The translations under genes and the position numbers were made by a program. From contig FP565575.1 of assembly GCA_000091165.1 (NCBI GenBank), positions 1,920,001 through 1,952,000 of the forward strand: a stretch of 32,000 nucleotides of DNA, given 5' to 3'. The stretch comes from Candidatus Methylomirabilis oxygeniifera. Lineage in GTDB: Bacteria > Methylomirabilota > Methylomirabilia > Methylomirabilales > Methylomirabilaceae. Shown piece by piece: positions 16,862 to 27,706 of this stretch. Position 1 is the stretch's first letter. The number at the start of each line of letters is the position of its first letter. The notes below the pieces were generated by a model. That model saw nothing but the letters and a program-made list of their open reading frames with translations. It was not told the origin of the DNA and searched no databases.

Positions 16862-17944
16862 TCAACCGAAAAGGCTCTTGACCTTGTCAAAGAAGCTCTG
16901 GACCAGCGGACTTCCGTCACCATTTTCCAGGACAGCGTACGCTTCAAGCAGTTCGCGCTGCTTCGCAGTCAGGCGCTTAGGCACCTCGACCACGACCCTG
17001 ACCACCAGGTCTCCTTGATCATGGCCACGCAAGTGCGGCACACCTTTACCGCGAATACGGTACTCAGCGCCGGGCTGGGTCCCTGATGGGATCTTGAGCT
17101 TCGTCATCCCGGAAAATGTTGGGATCTCCAACTCGGCCCCCAAGGCCGCCTGAACAAACGTGACGGGGACCTCACAGTATAGGTCGTCGCCGTGTCGTGC
17201 GAAGAGCGGGTGATCCTTCACAGTGATCACGACGTACAGATCGCCCCGATCCCCCCAGTGGGGACCGGCCTCACCCTCCCCTGCCAGCTTCAAACGTATC
17301 CCCGTTTCCACACCGGCTGGGATCTTCACTGTGAGGGACCGATCAGACCGAGACCGCCCCGTGCCGCGGCAGTCACGACATCGATGTTCGATCACACGTC
17401 CCTCGCCTCGGCAGGCCGAGCAGGTCTGACTGATCGTCAGAAAGCCTTGCGAGTACCTGACCTGGCCGCTACCGCGGCAGGAACGACAGGCGGTTGGAGA
17501 TGTCCCAGGCTTTGCGCCGCTTCCCTTGCAGGTGCCGCAAGGCTCCAGCCGGGGGATGGTGATCTCTTTCTCTACCCCGACGATCGCTTCCTCGAGGTTG
17601 ATCTCAAGGTTGTAGCGTAAATCTGCGCCCCGCGAGGCGGCTCGTCGAGTAGACCCTCCAAAGAACCCCTCAAAAAGATCCTCGAATACCGACCCAAACC
17701 CGGCCTCGCCGAATCCCGCCCGTTCACCGGTAACCCCGAACCGGTCATAGGCCGCTCGCTTCTCGGGATTATTCAGAATCTCATACGCCTCGGTCGCTTC
17801 TTTAAACTGCTCTTCCGACGCCTTATCGCCGGCATTCTTGTCCGGGTGATACTTATGGGCCAGCCGACGATAAGCTCGCTTGATCTCATCGGGAGCCGCG
17901 TCCCGATCCACTCCGAGCACCTCGTAGTAGTCGCGCTTGTTCAT
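16862..17944 (-). CDS. dnaJ: molecular chaperone DnaJ
   Basis: J-domain (KRDYYEVLGV...HPDKN), G/F-rich linker and four CxxCxGxG zinc-finger repeats. The ATG at 17942-17944 overlaps the grpE stop (ATGA). Confidence 0.95.
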   Translation of the reverse strand: MNKRDYYEVLGVDRDAAPDEIKRAYRRLAHKYHPDKNAGDKASEEQFKEATEAYEILNNPEKRAAYDRFGVTGERAGFGEAGFGSVFEDLFEGFFGGSTRRAASRGADLRYNLEINLEEAIVGVEKEITIPRLEPCGTCKGSGAKPGTSPTACRSCRGSGQVRYSQGFLTISQTCSACRGEGRVIEHRCRDCRGTGRSRSDRSLTVKIPAGVETGIRLKLAGEGEAGPHWGDRGDLYVVITVKDHPLFARHGDDLYCEVPVTFVQAALGAELEIPTFSGMTKLKIPSGTQPGAEYRIRGKGVPHLRGHDQGDLVVRVVVEVPKRLTAKQRELLEAYAVLENGDGSPLVQSFFDKVKSLFG

Positions 17945-18585
17945 GGCTCGCATATGCCGGGTCCCAGGTTCCGGGTTTCACTCTGACCTTCCTCTGAACC
18001 TTGAACCCCCAACTCGTGGCTCAAAACCTTCGCCTTCGACACCTTCACCATCGCCGGCCGCAGCAAACGTCCCTCCAGAAGGTACCCTCTTCGAACCTCC
18101 TCAACTGCAATGTTGTCCCGGCCATCAGTTGTCTCTACCTGAGCCACAGCCTGATGGACATTCGGATCGAATTCATGCCCCACCGCCTCGATAGGCTTCA
18201 CCCCTACCTTTTCCAGGGTCGTCTGAAACAGCCGCAGAATGATATCGACGCCCTCCGTAAGACCCTGGACGTCTCCTCCGATACGAACCGTCGCGACCGC
18301 GTGCTCCAGACTATCCACAACGGGCAGCAGTTCCAGAATCAGCCCTTCGTTCGCAAATCTCACGAACTCGCTTCGCTCGCGGGATGCTCGCTTCTTATAG
18401 TTCTCAAACTCCGCGTGGAGGCGAAGCAGGCGGTCGTTAAGGGACTCTATCTCAGTGGTTCGCTCCTTGAGGTCGGCCTGTAGCCTGCCGATCATCGACT
18501 CCAACTCAGTCGTAGGAGCAACAGGACTCTCTTGCACGTTGTCGCTTGTCGATGCTTTGGTCTCTTCGCTTTCTTGATTCATCAT
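17941..18585 (-). CDS. grpE: nucleotide exchange factor GrpE
   Basis: ORF 17941..18600. The ATG at 18583-18585 is preceded by GGGAG at suitable spacing. Motifs LRLHAEFENYKKR and FDPNVHQAV. The start is uncertain within 18 nt. Confidence 0.92.
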   Translation of the reverse strand: MMNQESEETKASTSDNVQESPVAPTTELESMIGRLQADLKERTTEIESLNDRLLRLHAEFENYKKRASRERSEFVRFANEGLILELLPVVDSLEHAVATVRIGGDVQGLTEGVDIILRLFQTTLEKVGVKPIEAVGHEFDPNVHQAVAQVETTDGRDNIAVEEVRRGYLLEGRLLRPAMVKVSKAKVLSHELGVQGSEEGQSETRNLGPGICEP

Positions 18586-18673
18586 CCGATCGACTCCCAT
18601 CTCTGTGTATCGGCAGGCCCGACAACTCGGCTGGTCGAGCTTCGCCGCACATCATCGCTCCCGACCGCGGTCT

Positions 18674-19714
18674 CTACACATCGGCCTCCGTCAGCAGCTT
18701 ACTGACGAGCCTGGCCGTGCAATCGACCAGGGCCACCATGCGGTCATAGGCGATCCGTTTCGGGCCTACGATTCCGAGCACGCCGACGACATGATCTCCA
18801 CTCTTATACGGCGCGGCAATCAGACTAAGCTCGCGCATCTCTCTGACCTCACTCTCGCGGCCTATGATGACCCTTAATCCTTCTCGAGTCAGGCATTGAT
18901 CAAGGATCTTCACCAGCTTCGACTTTTCCTCGAAGGCCGCGAAGATATTCTTCATCTTATTGATGTCGGCAAACTCCGGCTGATGGGCGATGTTGGCTGT
19001 TCCTCCAATGCAGACATACCCCTCCTCACCCTCCAGCGTCTTGTTGCTGAGCTCCAGAGCGCGCAGCATCAGGCGATTGAACTCATCGCGTTCCTCGGCC
19101 ATCCGCGCAATAATCATGTTTCTGATCTCGTGAAGCGTCACCCCGCCCAACACACTGTTCAGGTAGTTAGAGATTCGATCCAGCTCCGGCTGCTCAATCA
19201 GCTCATCAATCGCAATGACCTTCTGCTGTACGAGTCCGGAGTCGGCCATAAGCACCACCAGAATCCGCTCTCGGTTGAGGTGGACAAAGTTTATGCGTCG
19301 CCACGTATTCTGCGCAAACTTCGGCGCAAGAACGACCGACGCATAGCGTGAGAGATCGGAAAGGATCCGGCTGACCCCCTGCACCAATTCTTCAGCCTCA
19401 CCGCGGCTGGGACGGATCCCCTGCTCGATTCGGCTTTCCTCTACCTTCGACAATCTTGGATGCTGCATGAGGCTGTCGACATAGAAGCGGTACCCGGAAT
19501 CGGTTGGGATCCTGCCGGCCGATGCGTGCGGTTGAGAGAGGTAGCCCACCTCCTCCAGATCCGCCATCACATTGCGGATGGTCGCGGGGCTGAGGTGGCC
19601 AAGGTGACGTCTGGCAATACTTCGGGACCCGACGGGTTCTCCGGAGGTGATATAGTCATGGATAATCACCTTCAGGATTTGACGTTCCCTTGGACTCAGT
19701 TCATGCGCTCGCAT
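18674..19714 (-). CDS. hrcA: heat-inducible transcription repressor HrcA
   Basis: 346-aa ORF. N-terminal winged helix LSPRERQILKVIIHDYITSGEPVGSRSIA, then ATIRNVMADLEEVGYL and GRIPTDSGYRFYVD. Confidence 0.94.
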   Translation of the reverse strand: MRAHELSPRERQILKVIIHDYITSGEPVGSRSIARRHLGHLSPATIRNVMADLEEVGYLSQPHASAGRIPTDSGYRFYVDSLMQHPRLSKVEESRIEQGIRPSRGEAEELVQGVSRILSDLSRYASVVLAPKFAQNTWRRINFVHLNRERILVVLMADSGLVQQKVIAIDELIEQPELDRISNYLNSVLGGVTLHEIRNMIIARMAEERDEFNRLMLRALELSNKTLEGEEGYVCIGGTANIAHQPEFADINKMKNIFAAFEEKSKLVKILDQCLTREGLRVIIGRESEVREMRELSLIAAPYKSGDHVVGVLGIVGPKRIAYDRMVALVDCTARLVSKLLTEADV

Positions 19715-19754
19715 CGGTCTATGGACCCCCTTCCCCTTACTATGCTGTCAAGAC

Positions 19755-19782
19755 TTGACACTCTCTTGAGAGAAAGTGCCAG
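19755..19782 (-). promoter_or_regulatory. CIRCE-like inverted repeat (putative HrcA operator)
   Basis: Minus strand reads CTGGCACTT-tctctcaaga-GAGTGTCAA, against the CIRCE consensus TTAGCACTC-N9-GAGTGCTAA. That is 6/9 and 7/9 arm matches with a spacer 1 nt longer. Located between the candidate promoter and the hrcA ATG. Confidence 0.45.
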
Positions 19783-19793
19783 GATTCTAAAAA

Positions 19794-19823
19794 ATCCTAA
19801 AGACAATTGGTCACTATTGTCAA
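19794..19823 (-). promoter_or_regulatory. candidate sigma70 promoter of the hrcA-grpE-dnaJ operon
   Basis: Minus strand reads TTGACA (19818-19823), 18-nt spacer, TAGGAT (19794-19799). It is immediately followed by the palindrome AGGATTTTTTAGAATCCT and the CIRCE-like element. Confidence 0.45.
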
Positions 19824-19866
19824 GTGGATTTGCCGCCGGTCGCACGCCAGAGAACACGCTCCGGAA

Positions 19867-21060
19867 TCAGAGGAGCTGGACAATCAGTTCATTAGCTACG
19901 AGGAGGCCCCGCTCTGCGATCTGCACCCGCCCGTCTTTCAGGCAAAGGAACCCATCATCCAGAAGACGGGTGACCCGGTCGGACGCCGCGAGCTCTTCAA
20001 CGCCAAGTACATCCTTGAATGTCTGCACGTCCAGTCCGCTCCGAAGACGAAGCCCCAACATCAGCCGCTCTGACCGTAGCATCTCGGCGGACAGCTCTTC
20101 GCCACAGGCCACGGCTGTCTCACGCTCGGCAATGGCGGATACGTAGCGTGCCGGCAGCAACTCATTATAAAACCGACGTCCGGCAACGAATGAGTGCGCT
20201 CCAGCCCCAATACCGACGTATTCCTGATGTTGCCAGTAGACCAGATTGTGCCGACAACGAAAGCCCGGACGCGCAAAGTTTGAGATCTCGTAATGCTCAA
20301 AGCCGTCGTTACACAGCCGATCCACAGCCATCTGGTACATCATTGTCTCTGTTTCCTCGTCAGGTAGTCCAATCTCGCCTTTACGATGCTCCTGATAGAG
20401 AGGCGTCCCCTCTTCGAGGATCAGCCCGTAGGCAGAGACATGTTCAGGCTCCACACCAATGACCCAGTCAAGAGTTTCCGACCAATCGTCCATGTTCTGA
20501 CCGGGTAGACCGAACATCACGTCCAGGTTGATGTCGCCAAAACCGGCCTCACGCGCCATCCGGTAGGCCCGTTCAGCCTCGTGGGCAGTATGAGCGCGGC
20601 CGATCCGCTGAAGGAGTCGATCCTGAACAGCCTGAACGCCTATACTCAGACGGGTCACCCCGCCCTCTCGCAACGTACGAAGCTTTGGAAGGTCGACCGT
20701 CCCCGGGTTAGCTTCAAGACTGACCTCTGCACCGACTTCAAAGGTGAAGGCCGCCCGGCACTGGTCGAGGATGCCGATGAGTTGCGACGCGTGGAGTATT
20801 GAGGGCGTCCCGCCGCCGAAGAAGACAGAGCAGACCGGCCGGTGTCGAATGACGTCTGAGGAGGCGCGGTGCGCAATCTCTTGCGCCAGCGCCTCCAGAT
20901 ACTGCTCTATTTGAACATCATCGAATCGGTAGCTGTTAAAGTCACAGTATTGACAGCGCGACAGACAATAGGGGATATGGATGTATAGGCCAAAAGATGT
21001 TGAGTGTTGAGTGTTGAGTGTTGAGTCAACGGAGAGGCCGGCACTTGACACTGAGTTCAT
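19867..21060 (-). CDS. hemW: radical SAM heme chaperone HemW / HemN-like oxygen-independent coproporphyrinogen oxidase family protein
   Basis: ORF 19867..21114. I prefer the ATG at 21058-21060, which overlaps the lepB stop (ATGA). The CxxxCxxC radical-SAM motif is present (IPYCLSRCQYCDF). The first ~20 residues ([22 protein letters not shown]) are repeat-encoded. Confidence 0.9.
   Translation of the reverse strand: MNSVSSAGLSVDSTLNTQHSTSFGLYIHIPYCLSRCQYCDFNSYRFDDVQIEQYLEALAQEIAHRASSDVIRHRPVCSVFFGGGTPSILHASQLIGILDQCRAAFTFEVGAEVSLEANPGTVDLPKLRTLREGGVTRLSIGVQAVQDRLLQRIGRAHTAHEAERAYRMAREAGFGDINLDVMFGLPGQNMDDWSETLDWVIGVEPEHVSAYGLILEEGTPLYQEHRKGEIGLPDEETETMMYQMAVDRLCNDGFEHYEISNFARPGFRCRHNLVYWQHQEYVGIGAGAHSFVAGRRFYNELLPARYVSAIAERETAVACGEELSAEMLRSERLMLGLRLRSGLDVQTFKDVLGVEELAASDRVTRLLDDGFLCLKDGRVQIAERGLLVANELIVQLL
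20999..21052. repeat. imperfect inverted heptamer cassette at the hemW 5' end
   Basis: (GTTGAGT)x4 at 20999-21026, spacer caacggagaggccggc, acttgacact at 21043-21052. Confidence 0.9.
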
Positions 21061-21691
21061 CGCACCAACATTCCAATCCGCTCCCAGCGTGGCCTGAAGC
21101 GCTCGTGATCCCACGACCAGTAGATGATGAAGGCTTTCCCCCTGATCTTCTTCATGTCAAGAAGACCCCAGAACCGGCTATCCATGCTGTAGTCCCGGTT
21201 GTCGCCCATCATAAAGAGTTGACCCGGCGCAACAACGATCGGACCGAAACTGTCCCGAAGCGAGCCCGGATCCTCGAGGGTGGCAGGGTCCAGGTGAATT
21301 GCGTACGGCTCAGTCAGCGGCTTGTCGTTGATGTAGAGCTGTTTTTCCCGAATCTCTAACTTATCACCCGGCAGAGCAACAACCCGCTTGATAAAGTCTC
21401 TCCCCTCATCCTGGGGATACTTGAACACAATGATGTCACCGTGCTGCGGGTCCGTAAACCAATACAGGAATTTATTCACCAGAATGTGATCGCCGACCTG
21501 CAGCGTCTGAAGCATCGACCCGGAGGGGATTTTGAAGGCCTGAATCACAAAGCTTCTGATCACCAGCGCCAAGATAATGGCAATGATGATGGCCTCGGCG
21601 TACTGGCGAAAGACCGACTTCTCCGACTTTACGCCTGACTGTGAGGCTCGCTCCTGGCCTTCCTTTATCGTCTCATCCGACGTCGGTCGCG

Positions 21692-21695
<4 letters not shown>
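21057..21695 (-). CDS. lepB: signal peptidase I
   Basis: ORF 21057..21998. I prefer the ATG at 21693-21695 ([13 protein letters not shown]...), which overlaps the lepA stop (ATGA), giving 212 aa. Catalytic-Ser box IPSGSM, Lys box GDIIVFKYP...[11 protein letters not shown] and [14 protein letters not shown]. Confidence 0.93.
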
Positions 21696-23500
<1,805 letters not shown>

Positions 23501-23510
23501 GTCGATAAGC

Positions 23511-23538
23511 CTTCAGCCGTCAGCCTTCAGCGTACAGC
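23511..23538. repeat. tandem heptamer array (NNTCAGC type) upstream of lepA
   Basis: cttcagc cgtcagc cttcagc gtacagc, starting 11 nt upstream of the lepA ATG. Confidence 0.8.
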
Positions 23539-23620
23539 AAGAATGATGAGTGCGGGGCATCGAATGGCTCGGAAGGGAGGCGGCGCATCAGGAGCGCCCC
23601 CAGGGAAGGAGGAACGGCCA

Positions 23621-24598
23621 TCACCAGTCCCGATCCCCGACAAAATCGACCATCAGGACAAGCGAACGCTTGGCCGCCGAATCCGGAAAGATGCTCAGGG
23701 AAGCCTTGGCTTTCTTAAGGTAGGTACGAACGAGCTCCATCGTAGCCGGAACGGCGCGGTACCGTTCCACTATCGCCTTTACCTCCACCAGATCGGACTC
23801 TCCGATACTCTCCTGCGCAGCCAGTTCTCTGATCCTGCCCTGATCGGCCTCCGAGCCCGCTCGCATCACATGGAGCATCGGAAAGGTCACCTTTCCCTCC
23901 TTGAAATCGTTCCCCACGGGCTTACCCAGCCGGTCCTCCTCGGCAACAAAGTCCAGCGCGTCATCGACCAACTGGAATGCAATCCCCACATCCAGACCGA
24001 ACTCGGTCAACGCAGCCACCTCCTCCGGTTGTCTGCCGGCGATCAGGGCGCCGGTCCTGCACGCAACGGAGATCAGGGCAGCGGTCTTTGACGTGATGAT
24101 ATCCAGATACTCGTCGTAGGTGAGGTCGAGGTTTCCGGCCATCTGAACCTCGCGCACCTGCCCCTCAATCATTCGAACCGTCGCGTCGGCAAACGCTCGC
24201 ATGACAGCCAGGTCACCGTCGATCACCAGCATCTGAAGCGATCTGGCATACAAGAAGTCGCCGGCCAGCACAGAGATCTGAGAACCCCAGGTGCTATTCG
24301 CCGACGGTAGCCCACGGCGCTTGTCGGCACGATCGATAATATCATCATGGATGAGCGTAGCCGCGTGCATATACTCGGCCACCACCGCCAGATCGATATG
24401 ACGTGAACCGCCATTATAGCCACAGAGCTTGGCCGAGAGCAGCAGCAGCGCAGGCCGTACCCGTTTCCCTCCGCTCTTCAGTACGTACCGGATAATCTCG
24501 GAGATCAATTCCACATCGCCGCTGATGTCTTGGAGCAGCCGCTCTTCGACCAGGGCGAGTTCAGGAGCCACAGGAGAGAGAATCGTCTCGGCAATCAC
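23621..24598 (-). CDS. long-chain trans-polyprenyl diphosphate synthase (IspB/HepT-like)
   Basis: 325-aa ORF with the first Asp-rich motif LIHDDIIDRADKRRG, the second motif FQLVDDALDF and GKRVRPAL. Chain length cannot be inferred from sequence. Confidence 0.9.
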   Translation of the reverse strand: MIAETILSPVAPELALVEERLLQDISGDVELISEIIRYVLKSGGKRVRPALLLLSAKLCGYNGGSRHIDLAVVAEYMHAATLIHDDIIDRADKRRGLPSANSTWGSQISVLAGDFLYARSLQMLVIDGDLAVMRAFADATVRMIEGQVREVQMAGNLDLTYDEYLDIITSKTAALISVACRTGALIAGRQPEEVAALTEFGLDVGIAFQLVDDALDFVAEEDRLGKPVGNDFKEGKVTFPMLHVMRAGSEADQGRIRELAAQESIGESDLVEVKAIVERYRAVPATMELVRTYLKKAKASLSIFPDSAAKRSLVLMVDFVGDRDW

Positions 24599-24628
24599 GC
24601 GCGCACCTTTCTGTCAACCGGATCCGAC

Positions 24629-26329
24629 TCACGGATGGTAACGGCTAGAGTATAGGACATACCCCCCTCGCCTGTCCAAGGGGAAAATGTCCGGAATCTT
24701 TCGCAAGCGTGTCTCGGCGGCGGCCTTCGCGACGATGAAGAGTCGCTCGTGAGTCGCAGCCAGACGCTGAAACTCTGCTTCCTCGCCCTTCCTAACGATC
24801 GCAACCGGTCGTTCTGAGTAAAACACAAGGCTGGGCGCATTCAGGTCGTAGGTCACCACGAGGTCGACGGAGCGAAGCTCCCGCCTGGCCATAAGAGCGA
24901 TGTCACGGAGAGACTTCTGCATACTTTCCTGGACAGCCGGCGCAACCTGATGGACGGCCAGCACGATGCTCAGGATCATCGTGCCCGCCATCGCGGCCGC
25001 CGCTGTGTCCTCCCGCCCTCTCCGTCTGGCTGCTCCCGTGACTGTCAGTCCAGCCAAGAGGAGGACGGCCAGCGCATACGGTGCGAACCCAAAGTCGAAT
25101 GGGGGAATGTCCGGTGCCTCGCGGAGGCGGATGCGATCGGCAATCAATGGCAGGAAGAGGAAGATCGCGGCGAGCAAACAGGCCATTCCACCTATGAGCC
25201 ACTCGCCGGCCTTCGCCCATCGCCGGGCCGGCTGTCGTTCGTCGGGGACAGCTTCTCCCGCAGCCCCTGCCAACAGCGCGAGCGCAGGAACAGCAGGAAA
25301 AATGTAGGAGGGGAGTTTCGTGCGGGAGAACGAGAAAAACAGTACGACAACGCCGCACCAAAGCCACAAAAAGAGCAACAGCTCCTGCCGTCCGGTCAGT
25401 TCAGCGTGTAGTCGGCTTCGGATAGTCCAGAGCCGGCTAAAGGCATTGGGCAGCGTCCCGCTCCACGGGAAAAAACCGACAACGATCACCGGCAGGAAAT
25501 ACAGAGGGCTTCCGACATGGCTTGACACGACACCCAGGTAGCGGTTCAGGTGGTGTTGCACAAAGAATCCCTGAATAAACGCCCATCCATTCTCCCGCAG
25601 GACCAAAAGGTACCAAGGTAGCGCGATTACGGCAAACAGGCCGATACCGGGAAACAGGCGGAGCCTGGAAAGAGTCGCCCGGGCCTTTCTTCGAATGACC
25701 AGAAACAGGCCGATAATTAGTCCGGGGAGTAGAAGGCCGATCGGGCCCTTCGTGAGAACGGCGAGCGCCATCGCAAGATACCCAACAAAGAGGAGACGCT
25801 CGCGCGTCTTGTCCGTAGTCAGATAGATATCGAAAAAACTGAAGAGTACCCAGGTCATACAAAAGGCGAGCGTCATATCGGTGACCGCCGCCCGTGCCAG
25901 GATTACGGTCCCGACATTCGTGGCAAAGGCCAGAGCGGCAATACATGCGCCCCGTTGACCCAGCAGTTGTCGTCCGAACCGGTAGATCGACAGCGTCAGG
26001 CCGGTCGCAAAGACCGCAGACCAGAAGCGAGCGGCGTACTCGCCGATCCCGAATCCTTTGTAGGCCAGCGCGATCAACCAGTAAAATAAGATCGGTTTAT
26101 CAAAGCGGGGCTGAAAATTGAAGTGCGGCGTGATCCAGTCTCCCGAGATCAGCATCTCCCGTGCCGCCTCAGCGTAGGCCGGCTCGTCTGCGTCAAACAG
26201 CGAGAGCGAGCCGAGGCGATAGAAAAAGAGGAGAAGACACACACTGAAGAGAAGACTCCCCGCAGCAATTTCTCGAACCCAACGGCGGGAACCGGTGGCC
26301 GCAGGTATCGCCTTCTCAGGTGCGCCCAT
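24629..26329 (-). CDS. ArnT-like / PMT_2 family (GT39-type) membrane glycosyltransferase
   Basis: 566-aa polytopic membrane protein. N-terminal loop FDADEPAYAEAAREMLISGDWITPHFNFQPRFDKPILFYW is typical of ArnT/PMT_2 undecaprenyl-phosphate-sugar-dependent transferases. The substrate is unknown. Confidence 0.8.
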   Translation of the reverse strand: MGAPEKAIPAATGSRRWVREIAAGSLLFSVCLLLFFYRLGSLSLFDADEPAYAEAAREMLISGDWITPHFNFQPRFDKPILFYWLIALAYKGFGIGEYAARFWSAVFATGLTLSIYRFGRQLLGQRGACIAALAFATNVGTVILARAAVTDMTLAFCMTWVLFSFFDIYLTTDKTRERLLFVGYLAMALAVLTKGPIGLLLPGLIIGLFLVIRRKARATLSRLRLFPGIGLFAVIALPWYLLVLRENGWAFIQGFFVQHHLNRYLGVVSSHVGSPLYFLPVIVVGFFPWSGTLPNAFSRLWTIRSRLHAELTGRQELLLFLWLWCGVVVLFFSFSRTKLPSYIFPAVPALALLAGAAGEAVPDERQPARRWAKAGEWLIGGMACLLAAIFLFLPLIADRIRLREAPDIPPFDFGFAPYALAVLLLAGLTVTGAARRRGREDTAAAAMAGTMILSIVLAVHQVAPAVQESMQKSLRDIALMARRELRSVDLVVTYDLNAPSLVFYSERPVAIVRKGEEAEFQRLAATHERLFIVAKAAAETRLRKIPDIFPLDRRGGYVLYSSRYHP

Positions 26330-26981
26330 GCACAGGGGAGAAAATCGAAAATCGACAGGTAATCCAACCCGCCAGAAGCCCGATAGCGGCTCCGGCCACT
26401 ACATCAGAAGGGAAATGCTTGGCGAGATAGACTCTGGAGATGGCGACCAGGACGGCCAGTCCATAGAAGAGACACGCATACCTGGGATAGGTACGGGCGA
26501 GCACAAATGCGAGGGCGAAGGCGGTTACAGAATGGCCGGAAGGGAAAGAAATGAAGCCGGCGCCCTTCCCAAGGCAAGGAAAATTCACGAAAAACTGGCC
26601 CGACATTTCAGTAAAGGGACGGGATCGGCAAAACAGGTTTTTTAGGGTCTGGACAGAAAGGCTGCCGACGATCACCGCAAGCAATCCGAGTTTGCCCGCA
26701 ATCGCCTCTCGAGGTCTTCCAGCCTTCAGGCCGATGGCTAAAATGGTAGCCGCAATCGCGGCATCCGCGAGACCGTATCCCATCGCAGTGATCGCAGTCG
26801 CCACACGCCGCCCCCAATCGCTTTGCACCGACGGGATGAAACTCTCCACCGGACCGTCTATGTACCACACCAGGAAAGGCAACACGACGAACAACGCGAC
26901 AGCATAACCCAGCACCTTTCCGTCGACCGATCGGGCGGGAGATCCGGAGGACTTCGAGTCAACCTGTAACCGTGACATCAT
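26316..26981 (-). CDS. PAP2-superfamily lipid phosphatase
   Basis: 221-aa membrane protein with the three PAP2 motifs KNLFCRSRP, PSGHS and SRVYLAKHFPSD. Overlaps the glycosyltransferase start by 14 nt. Confidence 0.88.
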   Translation of the reverse strand: MMSRLQVDSKSSGSPARSVDGKVLGYAVALFVVLPFLVWYIDGPVESFIPSVQSDWGRRVATAITAMGYGLADAAIAATILAIGLKAGRPREAIAGKLGLLAVIVGSLSVQTLKNLFCRSRPFTEMSGQFFVNFPCLGKGAGFISFPSGHSVTAFALAFVLARTYPRYACLFYGLAVLVAISRVYLAKHFPSDVVAGAAIGLLAGWITCRFSIFSPVHGRT

Positions 26982-26999
26982 TCTGTCTGTCCCCTCCCC

Positions 27000-27260
27000 T
27001 TACACCAGATCGCGCTTCTTGGCCTCGAACTCTTCCTTCTCAATCTCGCCGCGGGCATATCGCTTCTTGAGGATCTCTACGGCCGACTCCTCTGACGGTC
27101 GGACAGACCGGATCCCCGAACCGGCCTGCCAGAGCCAGCGAACCGTCAGCACCAACACCAGCAAGATGAGGAGCCAGAAGGCCGTTATCATCACCATCCA
27201 GAGGATGCCCCATCCCCAGAACCAGGACTCATGGCCCATTTCCTCCCACCGCATCATCAT
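27000..27260 (-). CDS. SHOCT-domain small membrane protein
   Basis: 86 aa: one hydrophobic segment, then AVEILKKRYARGEIEKEEFEAKKRDL (SHOCT pattern). ATGA overlap with the upstream ORF. Confidence 0.75.
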   Translation of the reverse strand: MMMRWEEMGHESWFWGWGILWMVMITAFWLLILLVLVLTVRWLWQAGSGIRSVRPSEESAVEILKKRYARGEIEKEEFEAKKRDLV

Positions 27261-27706
27261 CGCGGCGCACTCGGTTCCACTCGCCGCTCCAACCCCCTCA
27301 GGCGGATAGCCTCTCCCAGGGCGATAAGGTGATCCCCGGCCTCAATCTTTTCATCTGTGGAGGGATTAAAGATCATGCCACCAGACGCTCGCTTGATCGC
27401 TACCACAATTACCCCCGGCTCCTGAGACAGCCCGGAGTCGCCCAGCGTAACCCCCTCGCCTGGAGACCCCGGCGGCACCACAATCTCTTCAAGCTGCAGT
27501 TCCAGGCTTTGATAGTGCGTGGCCAGCTCAATGATATCTACGACGGCGGGGCGCAGCGCCGCCTGAGCCATGCGGTGTCCCCCCATTGCGTAGGGCGAGA
27601 TGACCTTATCGGCCCCAGCATGGCCAAGAGTCCTTTCGCTCCGCTCCGTCTCAGCCCTGGCCACGACAAAGAGGGAGGGGTTAAGATCCTTGGCCGTAAG
27701 GATCAC
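27257..27706 (-). CDS. C-terminal part of a frameshift-split RCK/TrkA K+ channel gene (second half of TrkA_N plus TrkA_C)
   Basis: Begins (GTG) ILTAKDLNPSLFVVARA, which in intact homologues continues directly from ...DADNV(F/Y/L)x. The C-terminal TrkA_C-like block is LEEIVVPPGSPGEGVTLGD...VVAIKR...NPSTDEKIEAGDHLIALG. Confidence 0.7.
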   Translation of the reverse strand: MILTAKDLNPSLFVVARAETERSERTLGHAGADKVISPYAMGGHRMAQAALRPAVVDIIELATHYQSLELQLEEIVVPPGSPGEGVTLGDSGLSQEPGVIVVAIKRASGGMIFNPSTDEKIEAGDHLIALGEAIRLRGLERRVEPSAPR

